Source of the DNA: Marsupella aquatica
Lineage: Eukaryota; Plantae; Marchantiophyta
Length of the DNA: 64,000 nt
Direction of reading: 5' to 3'
Assembly: GCA_973895155.1 (NCBI GenBank)
Contig: OZ316894.1
Location: 22,663,867 to 22,727,866 of the forward strand
Of this stretch, positions 14,701 to 27,086 are shown in pieces. The position numbers and the translations under genes are program-made. Positions within the stretch are counted from its first letter, which is position 1, and each line of letters opens with the position of its first letter. The notes beneath the pieces were generated by a model. That model had not been told where the DNA came from. It ran no database searches and saw only the letters and a program-made list of their open reading frames with translations.

Positions 14701-15336
14701 CAATACCTTTTCTATGGCAGTAGTAGGGTTGCGACCTTTTATGCTTACTCCTCACAAGAATGTGAATGTTGATCTCTTGATCTGTCTTTTGGTATTGTCC
14801 ATTCTAAGGGTGGAGACGTGCGAGTGAAGTATTTCTATTTCACTCCTAGGATTGACTTTCCTAAGCTTCTGATGACGATAGTCTTAAGAAGTTCTACCTA
14901 TGGCAGCCATGTTATTTCGCTCAGTTGCTTTTAGTACGTGTATCGACTATCTCATCCCAACCTAGTTGCAATAACCGCATGTTTAACCCTCGATAACCCT
15001 ATTCCAGCCCCAACTGCCCACTTTAGGCCTCAAAAAGAGAAAAAATTTGGAAGTACCTTACTGAAAGGTATGGTCCATTGATATAGTCCTCGTTTCTTAT
15101 TGAACGATGAATTCAGTCTTCTTCCGAAAGTATTTATTCCTTGAAGCGACCTTGAAGACTATAGGTGAATTCCCGCTCAGGAGCTGTCATACAAAATTTC
15201 ATGGAGAGTTTTACTTAACGTGTCGTTTTTGAGACTAAGACATGTTTGATCTGTGTCATGTGTAACAGCTCCAAAGTCATCGTTTTTCTCTCTGTCATCC
15301 TTTCGGAGCAAAGCCGACTCGAAGTATCGAGCGTGA
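5734..15336 (+). CDS. COP1-interacting protein 7 (CIP7)-like large plant protein, ~1870 aa, 10 exons: 5734-5792, 6587-6778, 7378-7486, 7629-7671, 8814-8863, 8961-9013, 9154-9306, 9618-12558, 12746-14690, 15269-15336
   Basis: The N-terminus [46 protein letters not shown]...[21 protein letters not shown] matches the CIP7 family. Other family motifs: [46 protein letters not shown] and terminal [11 protein letters not shown]. All introns are GT-AG with consistent phases; the CDS totals 5613 nt. Confidence 0.85.
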
Positions 15337-18300
15337 GGTGAGCAGCTGAGTGAAACTGGGGTGGGATGTGTGAAGAGAACATCAGAGTTTCTTCTGAAGC
15401 GTACTAAAGACAGTGACTGAAGAGATGAATATGATCTTTTCAAGACAACCCTGAGTGTTCAATATTTTCAAAAGATTTGGTTTGTCCCAGCTAAGAAATT
15501 TTACTTCTGGGTGAAAGCTAATGACCTTGTCCAAGTGTCTTAGTTCGTGAAGGAAAGCTATGTGATGGCGTTTGGAATTATCGTGGTAGAACCTATGTTG
15601 CAGCGATGTAGCTAAATGTTTGACCCTGGGTTACTTTGTTCAGACAAGGAACAAGTAATGGCCATCAGAGTGATACTTGAATTTACACTTTCATGATACC
15701 ATCACAGTTGATCTTTGAATACCTCCGCACTTTGTGGTCTATTTTTAATTTGGACAGAAAATCAGGATCAAAGTCTTCTACGAGAGTGGCTTGATGGAGA
15801 TTCTTACAATTCTGATGCTTTTGGAAACAGGACGGATGAATGGCAGCCTATGGGGAAATACTGCTGTGCCTAGGGGAGGGCCATTGATCCCTCTGTTTGA
15901 AGATGATTAATCTACTCGACATATGATAAGTGGTTTTGGTTAGGAACTCACCAGAGGTTTCCTGTCCAAACCTGCCCTACAACACATTTGATGATTGTGG
16001 AGAACGCAACCAGGCAGATCATCTGGGAAACTACCCCGGCATGCAGATGTTCGTGCTTGTCTGAAGCCCATTTTTGTCTCAAGGGCATGGTCAAACAATG
16101 AAGACTCCATCCCCTGGTGGTAGCCTATGTGGCTGTGGGCAGCAAGATTGAAGTTGAAGAATCACTGCATGTGGTTAAACACGACAACCTTTGCTCGAAT
16201 GCCCTGCTGAACTCATTGCTGTTCTGTACATTGTGGCCTGCTTTCCGGACGTGTGCTTTATGCACGTCAGAGCTGGAGCCTCGCAGTTTTTGAGTTGGGT
16301 ATGTGTTGCCCATGCCCAGATTGTGATTGCATGTGCATGCTCAGGGTTGGCATCACTTGGTATTCTATCTCCTGCCACGCCCTGAAAACCGTCTGAAGGA
16401 CCTGCATAACGGGACTTTCTGGGGCGTGATTAGATCTCTTTTCTGGGACATGATTTACCTAGAGCTTAGCTGAACGCATTCCACACGTTGCCGTTAGTGT
16501 TGGGAATTGCCCTGAGGACAATTATTCAAATTCTTGGTTATTTTGAACCGTTATGGGCAATGGTCCACCAGGGAGTGTCCTGGCCAGGGATGCCAAGTGT
16601 CGGATATCCTCTTTCCTGCCGCAAACGATTCTGCAGCCAAAACCGGGCAAGTCTTCTCTCCATCTTGAATTAGATCTAAGTGGCTACGTATTTTTAGTTT
16701 GCTGATACTTGTAGAGGTTACATTTTTGTCCAAGCAATGATGGATTGTCCTTGAGAACCAGTTTGTACTATATATTATGTTTCCATTTGCAGTAGGTAGT
16801 TTCTATTGCCGCCGGTGAATGCTTATGCACGTTCAACACTACCATAGTGTTTGCGTTCAAGATGTTGGCGATCTGGTGTTCATTGTCATCGCCGCAAGCA
16901 ATCTTGTGTTATGGATCTTGCGTTTTTAGTCAACTAGTTACATGGGTGTGCAAAACGTTGAGAATCATCTGTATTACTAGGGGATGACTGCAATTCACGA
17001 GTTTTTCCTTTCCAGATTACCGTAATACAGCCGAATGCCAATCATATATGTATGACACTTATCTTGGATCCGTGTTCATATCTCCTCTGCCTTCATCCCA
17101 AATGACTGCTCGCCCATTACCAACTATTTTAATTTGTATTATCTTAAGGTAGATGCTTCTTCTCATTTCTAGTGACACCAGTTTTGTTTTTTGTGGGAAA
17201 AATTATTGTAGTGACTAAATACTAATGAGTCTAACTGGGTAGCCCAGAACGAGACATTTGCTAGACGAGAATATTGAGGTGCATGAGATTGTGGTACATT
17301 CACTGTCCATCCATTGAAACCCTATTGCCACCTTTGTCTTTGCCGCTCTTAATCAAAATTGTCCACTCAGTTGCTACTGTATCCTATCTGTATTACGTAG
17401 AAGCTTTGGCAAGTCCAATCTCATGGAAACCCTTCTAAACTAAGGTACCCTAATACCTTGAGCTTTTCACCATCAACTTTCTATTAAACTTGCAGTTCGC
17501 AATCACGCATTCTATAGATTTAAACACCATATGGCAATGAGCTAGACCTGAAATGGGCGAAAAAAGAATTACTATGGTAAGCACACATCAACAGATCAAC
17601 TGATGTTTCAATCTTATTACAGATCAACTGATGTTTTAATCTGTTCACGACCTGTAAACGCATCGTGGTCGATACAGGGGAGCATCTTCAATGATCGCGT
17701 GGAGAGCTAGTGCAATTGATTGCCTGGTGCGCACCCGTAGCGGCTTGGATACGCACACGTAGACTACAAATGAACCAACGGGAACCCCGCAAGCCCTTCG
17801 TGGTGCATGTTAAAAAGCCGCCCTGGGTACGGCAACACTTCCTGTAAAACTACTTGGCCCACCTTGGGATTTTAATGCACTGTCGAACTTGTCCCGGTAT
17901 GGGGATCTACTAGAAACAAAGCCTCACTGCAACACGAAGATCACTTGGGCGTCTAGGGACAAGGAAGCAAAAGGTAGACGTTTGGTCCTTTACTCGCATT
18001 TTTGTCTCAAAGGCTTGTAGTTGTGGACGATCGATTGAGTGCGCTAACATCCGCTTCCTGCTGTTGCTTATGGACATTTATTCGATTGCCCACATGGCCA
18101 TTCTAGGGGTGCTTGGTCATGACACATCATTGGCAAAGATCGAGAGAAGTAGCCACTTTAATTGGATAGTTCATTGTGGTAATCATTGAGTCAAATATTC
18201 GGCTTCCCTCACACCGTTGGGTTCGTGCTTGTTTAGTTGAGCTACTCGAGACTCTACTGAAGAGGGTGAACAGGACTGAAGAGGGTGAACAGGGTAGGCT

Positions 18301-20179
18301 TCCTAATCTAATGTTGGGAGGGAATGCTGCCAAGTTGAGGAAGTAAGGGCGACATACGAGGTCCAATGTTGAAGCTTCTATCAGAAAATTGAGTGTAGCG
18401 GAGTTCAGGGTTGATGCATCATCTGCTAAATCAAGTGTACAAGTTTTACATTTGGCTCGATTGCAGTTGAGACAACGAACGAGGGGACGGCCTGTGCTAA
18501 TTCCAGGAATGAGTTTGACTGCATAAGTGAATGTTGAGTTCTGTAGAGTTGCTGGAATGCAGCTGAGCACAAGCGCGAGAGACCACCTATTGGGCCAGAG
18601 GCAGAAGAAGACTGGTCGAAACAATGCTGCAAATGTTGATCCCTTCCAATCATATTGTGTTGGATGTTTCAAGACTGGATTACAATTGCAAGGTAGAATT
18701 GAGAAATCTGAGGGAATTTCACATTCGTACTTGGGTAGGAACCTTGGCATCCATGACAATTGGCAAAGGCACAACGACAGATTAGTGGCTTCTCAAGGGT
18801 AGAGGGAAAATTCGTTAGGACCACAGTCGATGAAATTGGGTGGGTAGAAAGGGAGCTTAATGCTGATTGAATTCTGCATGGAGAACACTTCATGCAGTGC
18901 ACATGGATTGAGCTAGCAGTATGATAAATAGCTTGGATGTTTGCATCACAAAACTGACTTTTACATACATTTGATATCCAGTATCAAATGGACAAGTGTT
19001 TTAGATGCTGAACTCCACATTCTATATTAGATGTGAAATCTTTGGCGTCGTCATGATTAAATGCAATCTTTTAGGCTCATATGATTGACCTACTCTAATG
19101 GGAAAGACATGAAAGAGGCATAGAAATTTATATCAACCTACCCTACCATCTAATAAGCATGACACGTCATTATTTTTGTAATGAAAGGTTTGCAGTGGGC
19201 TCCATGCAACAGTTTCAAATGCACTTTTTTGCTTCATCGGGCTCGTGTATCATGTGTGGGTCCTTCCTTGATTGTCAAGAGACGATAAGGCCCGTCAGAT
19301 CATGAGGATCTAAATATAAAGAGTATGAAATGCAACTCTGGTGAGGGGGGAATCACAACAATAATGGTCTACACGGTGAGTCTACAGGGGAATTTAAAAG
19401 TTAGCATTATTTTGAAGCCAAATATAATCCAAACCCCTTGAATTGGCCTTATTGGACAAATTTGCCTTTACGTGACGGCCGGGTCTGCCGGTCTCGCAAG
19501 GAAAATATACCGGCCCCCGACTTTGGGGTGTATGGACTGGGGCGTGGTATGTCCGCAGCCAAAAACTTTGGTCTGTGGGTGGTCCTGCTGTGGGATGGCT
19601 CTTGCCAACCCTTGTTGGGTTTCAATGGGCCATCTAACTTTTGTCAACTGCGACTGCACATTTAATTTTATTCTTAATTTTGCTCTTTAATCTTTTGGGG
19701 TTTTCCCAATTTTTCTCTCCTTTCTTCGGTCTGTTCCCTTTCGGATTTTGCATTGCCATTTGGCACTATTTGTTGTTTGGCAGTGTGATATATGTAGATT
19801 TGGGGATTACAAATCCTAGTTGGAGTCTGATGGGACCCATAAGTTTAATTCTCAAATGCTTATGTGTCAACACACCAGCACAAATGTATGGAGATGCCAA
19901 TGTTAGTTGGTTGTCATTGGGGCCCCCCCAAGTGTTGTCCTCACATGCGTGTGTCATAACCAGAGGACTACTTTAGCTTTGTAGATTGCCTGTAGAAGTG
20001 GTCTAACCAACTCTTTTTCAAAACTACTCCTCTTCATGAACTTTAACAGGCTTTTTCAGTTTGCTACTTGGTAGGGTTTTAGTTATTTTTGGGTTGTTGA
20101 AGACTCTTGGACTTTTTTGGGCATTTCGCTCTCCCTCAGGTTTTTCACATGTATTCTCCCATTTAATATTGGTTCTTGC

Positions 20180-20760
20180 CTTTGGGATCAGATCTCCCTG
20201 TTTTGTACTTTTTGTGTTGGGCAGTGTGATATATATAAAACTATGTTTTGCCAATATTTTCTCCCCTTTATTGGGTCTCTTCCCTTTCGGATCCTGGGCC
20301 CATTTGGCTTTTAGTGTGCTTTGGCAGTGTAGTGGATATAAAACTAATTTTTTCTCACATTTTTCCCGTTTGTTGGGTCTCTTGCCTTTTGGGATCCGAT
20401 GTCCCCATTACGCTTTTTATGTGCTGTGGCAATGTTATGTATATAAAACTAGATCTTCTCCGTATTTTCCCTCCTTTATTGGGTTTCTTGCCTTTGCTCT
20501 CCAGGTTTGATGCTTTTTGTTGTTGGGCAGTGTGATATACGTAAAACTAGGTTTTCCCCATATGGTCTCCCTTTATTGGGTCTCTTGCCTTGGAATCCCG
20601 TCTCCCCCTTTTGTGGCTTTCTATGCTTTGGCAGTGTGATATACTTAAAGCTAGTTTTTCCCATATTTTCTCCCCTTCATTGGGTTTCTTGCCTTTGGGA
20701 AAGAGTCTCTTGGTTCGGTGCTTTTTGTGCTTTGAGAGTGTGAATGATATATACAAGGTT
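20180..20760. repeat. Degenerate tandem array, ~103-bp unit x6 (core TTGGCAGTGTGATATATATAAAACTA...TTTTCTCCCCTTTATTGGGTCTCTTGCCTTT)
   Basis: The core recurs at about 20213, 20316, 20420, 20519, 20622 and 20726. A related copy lies at about 19700-19800 and inverted copies at about 24555-25010. Confidence 0.8.
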
Positions 20761-22497
20761 TTTTAGTTTTTTTTAAGTAAAGTTGGTGAAGAATCTTTCT
20801 ATAATATTGTGCCCAGGCGGACGTCATTTACGCAGATGGCCCCAGACAAGGGAACCACACAAAAAGTAGTCACTTTATTGAAAGATGACCTTCGTAAAAT
20901 ATTATACTAAGTTCAAAAGATTGCTCAACAACTTACATTACATAAATGCAGTTTTGGAAATTACCAAATTTTTCCCTATAGTTCCATTTGATGACATGAC
21001 ATCACGATCGTAAATAATGAGATTACAATCTATGGATACAAGAATTAAATTTTACAGTAGTCCATTTTCATTTCCCAAACACAGGACAAAAGAATGAACT
21101 GGCAGGGTAAAAGGAAGAACGATCAAGTTGTTTTTAGGGTGTGGGGCCGATGAGCTATTACCAAACAGAGATGATGGCCCTCTCCCATGTGGCCTGCCAA
21201 AATTAGTATTGTTCAAGTAGCCCAAACACCCGTGTGTACTCATCATGACATAAGTCATCAACTGAAAATTTTGATTACGATTTGTAATATAATGTGGCCT
21301 CCAAGATTAGCATGAATTAACTACTTTCTTCCCCGCGCCATGACATTGTGTTTGAGATTTTTTGGGCCCCGTGACAAAAACATGTTGGAACTCAAACCTG
21401 TTTTACATTGAGCACAAACAGTGAGAAAAATAATGAATCATCTAACAATGTCAATAGTCAAACACAAAGCCAATATTTGAAGACAAATCCCTGCAAGTAC
21501 AAAATATGAAAACACATAGTCAAAACTCTAATACACCGCCCCAGATCCACTATTCAAATAGAGTACTCCATATTGCACTATTGAAATACAAGACCATGAG
21601 GTTGTGTCACGGCAAAGATGGTAACCAAAATGCCCAATGAATAAGAAGGGCTCCTTGTACTTAGCCTATGCTTGTCCCTATTTAAAAACATAACCTAAAT
21701 GAAAAGACTTTTATTATTAGTCTACCGTGTGAGTTATAACAGGTGGATTTCAATCTCCACTTATTGTAGTATAGACTAGCAAATTAGCAATGGTTTTTGG
21801 ATCTATATTTAGGAGATGATATACTGTAAGTTTGACTTTCTCTTGGGTTCATCTTGGGTTGTTGAGATTATGATCTAAGGTTATTTGAAGTTGATTTCTA
21901 GTGTGGCCTATAATTATCTGATAACGGTTGCCGACCTCAATTTAATTTGACCATGATCATCGGGACAATCAAATTTTCACAATACATACATCTATAGGAA
22001 AGAAAATTATTGTAGGGTAGTGTTTGTGAAATTTGCAGAAAATTTAAGAATGCATGTTTTGAGAATGTCCTATGTATTTTAATGCAAAGCACTGATTTAT
22101 CAGTGTATAGTTTGTTATTAAAGTAAAATTTGATGGCACTGATCAAAATTCATGCAGTTTCCCTACAATCTGAAGGAAAAAAGGATTTAGCTTACAGATG
22201 AGCATGCACAAACCTGAGTTTTCTGTAGTGCAAACTGCAATGGGTGCTGGCAAATTTGGTAACTATTTACTCTTTAGACTAGGCCTTCCCCGGGACGTAG
22301 CCTTGCCAAAGGCAAACCACTTATCTCTTGTGTCAATGTGTGCATGCTAGCTGGTTTCTTGTGTGTGATGTCATCCCTGGAATGCACTACAAGAACAATG
22401 AGGGACAAAAAATCCTAAACCTTACCTATTGGCAAACTGAAGAGCTTGGTGGAGTTCCAATGTGAATTGCATTAGAGAGTCAAGTAAGGGAATACAC

Positions 22498-22784
22498 CTC
22501 GGGGGGTTGACTATCAAAAATCTTAGGAACCACGTGCGATCCAAAATATGTATTTTTGGCAGATTTTAACTAAATTTTTAAAAAGCATAGGAGGCAAAAG
22601 AAGGTATTATAAACTCATGTTTATAGAATATTCTTTAATATATACCCTTTATAAAGTAAAATAGGTTATTAATATTGAAAATAGAGAATATTCTTGGAAT
22701 ATTTTCTTTATAAAATAGGTCTATTTATATTAGGTTAGGATCGCACGTGGTATCCCAAAATATACACTTAGTTAATCCCCCGAG
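22498..22784. mobile_element. MITE, 287 bp, TIRs CTCGGGGG...CCCCCGAG, 8-bp TSD GAATACAC
   Basis: TSD at 22490-22497 and 22785-22792. Sub-terminal inverted motif ACCACGTGCGATCC/GGATCGCACGTGGT. AT-rich non-coding interior. Confidence 0.85.
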
Positions 22785-22859
22785 GAATACACTAGAGACC
22801 CTAATACCAACAGCTTCACCTCGACAGAAAATAATGAATTGGGATTTGTTAGACTTCCT

Positions 22860-23616
22860 CTCTTTTTTGGCATAAGATATACATTGCCATTATTTTTTGA
22901 TCCATATATCATAATGCCACTGTTTTCAATTGTGGGTTAAGAAAATTAAGTTGAGTTAGATCCTTGACATCGGATGGCTCTCATTTCACCCAGTTCCAGA
23001 CTCTAGTCTCCCTCAAGGTGACTTTGACCACATTTAGCAAGAGAGTGCCTATGGGCAAGGACAGGGCTCTTGATAGAGGCTTGGCATAGGATGGGAGGAC
23101 AGCACACACCCACCTACCCCTCGGTCAACTGATCCAACGGTGGTCAAAGTCACCTCGAAGGAGACCCATGCAGCTTCATCAAGAAATTGGGTGCAATGAC
23201 AACATTTTTTTTTGCCTCGAAAACCTAAAGCAGGCCCATCCAACAGAGGATAGACGCCCTGCTTTGGAGCATGCATTTCTATGTAGGGCAGCCACAAGGG
23301 GACAATACCCAGGGATCCGACAGGGACCCAGACCAGGAGGGAGAGAAGATTAAACCAGAACCCAAAGTGGGCAACCAGGGTTGAGGAGATAATCAATACT
23401 CCCACCACTACACCCTCCACACCCCTTATGTGTGGAGGGAGGATTGAACCTGGGACTTCTCGGTTTTAGGCTCTTCCTCTGGCCAACTGACCAAAGCCAG
23501 TTGGTTTCAATGACAACATTTGATGTGAAAGAACCAACCTAAGTTAATTTTCTTAACCCATAATCAAAAATAGTGGCACCATGATAATAAGGAAGACTAA
23601 GTGTGCCAAAAAAGAG
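22860..23616. mobile_element. Degenerate foldback/MITE-like element with long imperfect inverted repeats
   Basis: 22908-22959 (ATCATAATGCCACTGTTTTCAATTGTGGGTTAAGAAAATTAAG) is the imperfect reverse complement of 23534-23585. Outer arms TCTTTTTTGGCA / TGCCAAAAAAGA also pair. Exact ends and TSD are not resolved. Confidence 0.55.
23208..23507 (-). mobile_element. tRNA-derived SINE, ~300 bp, with 14-bp TSD
   Basis: The minus-strand head carries Pol III A-box TGGTCAGTTGG and B-box GGTTCAATCC. The A-tail appears as a T-run at 23205-23213. TSD CAATGACAACATTT at 23194-23207 and 23508-23521. Confidence 0.85.
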
Positions 23617-24339
23617 TGCAGCTCTACAGTAGTGAATCCCAGCAAATGCCCTGTTCCTGATAAGCAAAAGGGTTTTATATATTTGAGACTCCTACGTAGT
23701 AACTTTTGGAGATGCTCTAAAACAGCGCCCAGGTGAAAAGGTAAAGAAGGTGACGGAGGACGACTGTTGATTAACAGCTAATAATAATCGCTTCGTTCGA
23801 GTACAACAAACAAACCGTCCCGCTCGCGCACTTCGTTCTCGCCTGCCCCGACGCCTCCCCCACCTGGTCCACCGTTACAGGGAGGTACAGTACTACAGGG
23901 CGCACCCAAGTTCGACGACAGTACTATTTGCGTGAAGCAGTACCGCTTAACGTCACGCCCACACGCGGTGTATGAAGCTTCATAAATAATCTAGATAAAC
24001 CGCGAGCCGTGCGATGCCTCAGTCGGACGACCCAGATTTTCTTGGCCTTAGAATAATACTTTCATATTGACTTGATTGGTCGATTGAATGTTTTTGTCGC
24101 ACGACTTTTTCGGTCGCTGGCAGGCTGACAGGCGTGTCCCGGTCAGTCCGGAAAGGGGCCCACCACAACTTCCCTCTCGATTGCTGCGGTTTGAAAAAAA
24201 CCTACTCAACGGTCCAAAGCCGTCCCTAGGTCAGAAGATGCCAACTTTTTCGAGTGATCCTCGAGAAAGGAGCCTGATTTTGAATGCCACAAACAGGCGA
24301 GTCCGAGTTTCGTGTTGCGTTAGACATGAGAACCAAAAG

Positions 24340-24535
24340 TTTCGAGGTGGATCCGGGCAGCGACGGGCACGGCGCGAAAACAAAGTAAACTTTTCGCAGC
24401 TAAATATAGCGAAGTAAATTAGATACATGATAGTGCCGAAAAATTGCGAGGTGGAGCCGGGCAGCGACGGGCACGGCACGGAAAGGAAGTAAAACTCCTC
24501 GTAGTTAAAAATAGCGAACCAAATTATCTACACGA
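24340..24535. repeat. Tandem duplication, ~103-bp unit containing CCGGGCAGCGACGGGCACGGC
   Basis: Two aligned copies at about 24340-24430 and 24445-24535. A second duplication pairs about 24240-24300 with 24683-24742. Confidence 0.7.
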
Positions 24536-27086
24536 CACTGAAAACAACGGGCAGACATGATCCCACAAGGGAGCAACCCAAAATATAGGGGGCAGAGCAG
24601 GGAAATTTCAGCAGGGAAATTTCAGGTGAGACCAAAGAGCTGAATAGCCAGAAAGAGCCCAGCAAGCTCCAGGCCAGAATATGCCAACTTCTACAAGTGA
24701 TCCTTGAGAGGGAAGCTCAATTTGAATGTGACAAACAAGAGGGGATGCCGCTGCTTTAGAAACAAATTCTGAGGCTTTCTTTGGAGCTGGGTGGATGACG
24801 GGGAGAGGAAGGAATTTTTTTGCGGTCAAAAGTAAGAAACCAAATTATATATGTGACACTTCCAAATATCAAAATGCGCCCCGGGCTACACTATGCCACA
24901 GGTAATCAAACAATGGATCCAATAAAAGGAGGGGCAACAGGGGAAACTCAAGGAGAGCAAAGAGCCAAAAGGCTTGAGAGACCCCTACAAGGGCCTAACA
25001 AAACCTAATGCCTATTTCTGGTAAATTGAAGACCCTGGTACCAGTCCAGAGTGAACTGCATAGGGTGGAACATGCATTGGAAATGGACTAAAGACCCTAA
25101 AACCAGTTGTCATTACTAAATGTAATGAATGAGTGTCTCTATAATGCAAGAGACATGTTGTCAAAAGAAAGTTATAATGACCAAAACCCAAGGATAATAA
25201 CCGAAAGATAATGTCTCTGCTCAACTCAATAATAGGGGGTCTCAAATATGAGAGAGCAGAAGTGTATGGCCTGCCCGGGACATGGCCCAAACAGACGTCT
25301 GCAAAAGTGTGCGGGATTCGAAACTGAGGTTGTCACACCTCAAGACCGGGAGCGGATTGTTTCCATGACCATTTTGGTGTGAGTAAACCCAACGACTTTG
25401 CCTCTCAAGAAGCCTCACGCTGCACAAGTCACCGACTCCCTGACTTATACAAATTTCTTCCAGGTGGGCTGGTTCAAATACTCAACTTGTTTACTTGTGC
25501 AATAACTATGTGACGATGGGGCAGACCCTGGGCTCTTCCCGTTTTCTAAATGCGCGGTCTCATAATTGAGACCCCCTAATTTACCACTGAAGTTCCCTAA
25601 GGTAGATGTAGAGTAGAGAGTTTCAAGATTTTCTCCTGAGCCGGGCAGCCCCTGGCAGCGCATGGCACGGGAGCGCGGGCAGCGCTCGAGCAGAGACTTT
25701 CAAGATTTTGTCCGGAGCCGGGCAGCTACGGGCAGGCAGCCCCGGGCACGGGAGAGGGCAGACGGGCAGCGTGGAAAACGGAAAACGTGATCGTTCTAAA
25801 AATTGTAGGCGAGTAGAGTAGTAGAGCTGAGCGACAAGCAGAGCTGTAGTAGTCGAGCACAGCAAGCATTGTGGCAGAGAAAGGGAGCAAAGGAACGTGA
25901 TCAGAGCAGAGCAGTGGCGTCCCATCAATCCCCCATACAGTCAATCCTCAATCAATCCTCCGTCGGTGTGCTCTTCTCATCATTCTGCAGCACTCACCAC
26001 CGCATGGGCGGAAGTGCAGGGAAATTGGGCTGCAATTCTGGAAGAATTTGGTTCGGTGCGTTTGCGAAGGGCAGGATTATGATTGTTGCTCCTCCTTCAC
26101 CGACGACGATTTGGTGCGTTTCTGAAGGTCAGGATTGTCATCATTGCGCCCGCTTCACCGACGACGGAGTGTGTGAAGTGTTTAAAAAGAGCGGTAGGAT
26201 TGAGTGCGGGCTACATTTTGAGTTGCATTGTACAGTGGTCTTGGTTTTGTTCTCGAAGCTTTCTAAAAATCCTCTGGCCCGGGTTTTTGGGGACGAACTG
26301 ACTGAGTGACAATGACTCTTTTTGAAATGTACAGATTGGAGCAGTCATTCATTCTCCGTGCGTGCTCACTTGTTCTCGTACCGTTTGATTCGGTGCTTGC
26401 AGTGCAGGTGGAGCAGATCGTTTCGTCTCCGGGTGATGGGGAAGGAGGGAGGACGAGTGCATGAATGAGGTGGAAAGTGCGGGAGAGTAGTGTGGACCTG
26501 ATTTGGAGATCGCGTAGGACTGTTTGAGTGTAATCATCTTCGTCTGTATGGGAACTGTGCAAGATCTAGCTTTCAGCTGCGTGTGTGAAACGGCACTCGA
26601 GCTGTTCTTGAAAGATTCAGGGTCGTCTGGTGCTCAGAGCGGCAATTTCTCATCAACTTGCCTCCGAATTTTCTGCGGTGTTCCGTGATCGGGGAATTGC
26701 GCGTACGGTGGGAAGTGAAGCGAGGCGTTATGCGTGGTATGGATTGGGCACTGGCAGTGGTGTTCTCATGTCACATCTGACCACTTCATTCAGGTGACTG
26801 CCTCAGATGTTGAGCTGGATCTGCTGAGGCTTCCATCGTTTGGATGATGTTGTGGGGGTTGTTGTTCTCTAGCGTGAAGCTCTGAGATGAGGGGTCCAGG
26901 GCTGCCTGTATTGTACAACCGAGGGGACCCCAGCTCCGCTCTCTGCCGCCAAAACACCGAGTAGGGAAGGGTCGTTATTGTGGCTATCCTATAGCCAGCA
27001 GCATTGAGCACTGGACGCAGATTCTTCGATCACAAGCGTATCAGATTAGGTGGTCGCTGCTAGAGAGACCTTCGTAGGAGGCGAAA

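Noticed and set aside
18127-18902. 215-aa minus-strand ORF and opposite-strand ORFs
   Set aside because: No recognisable domain or splice structure; possibly old TE debris.
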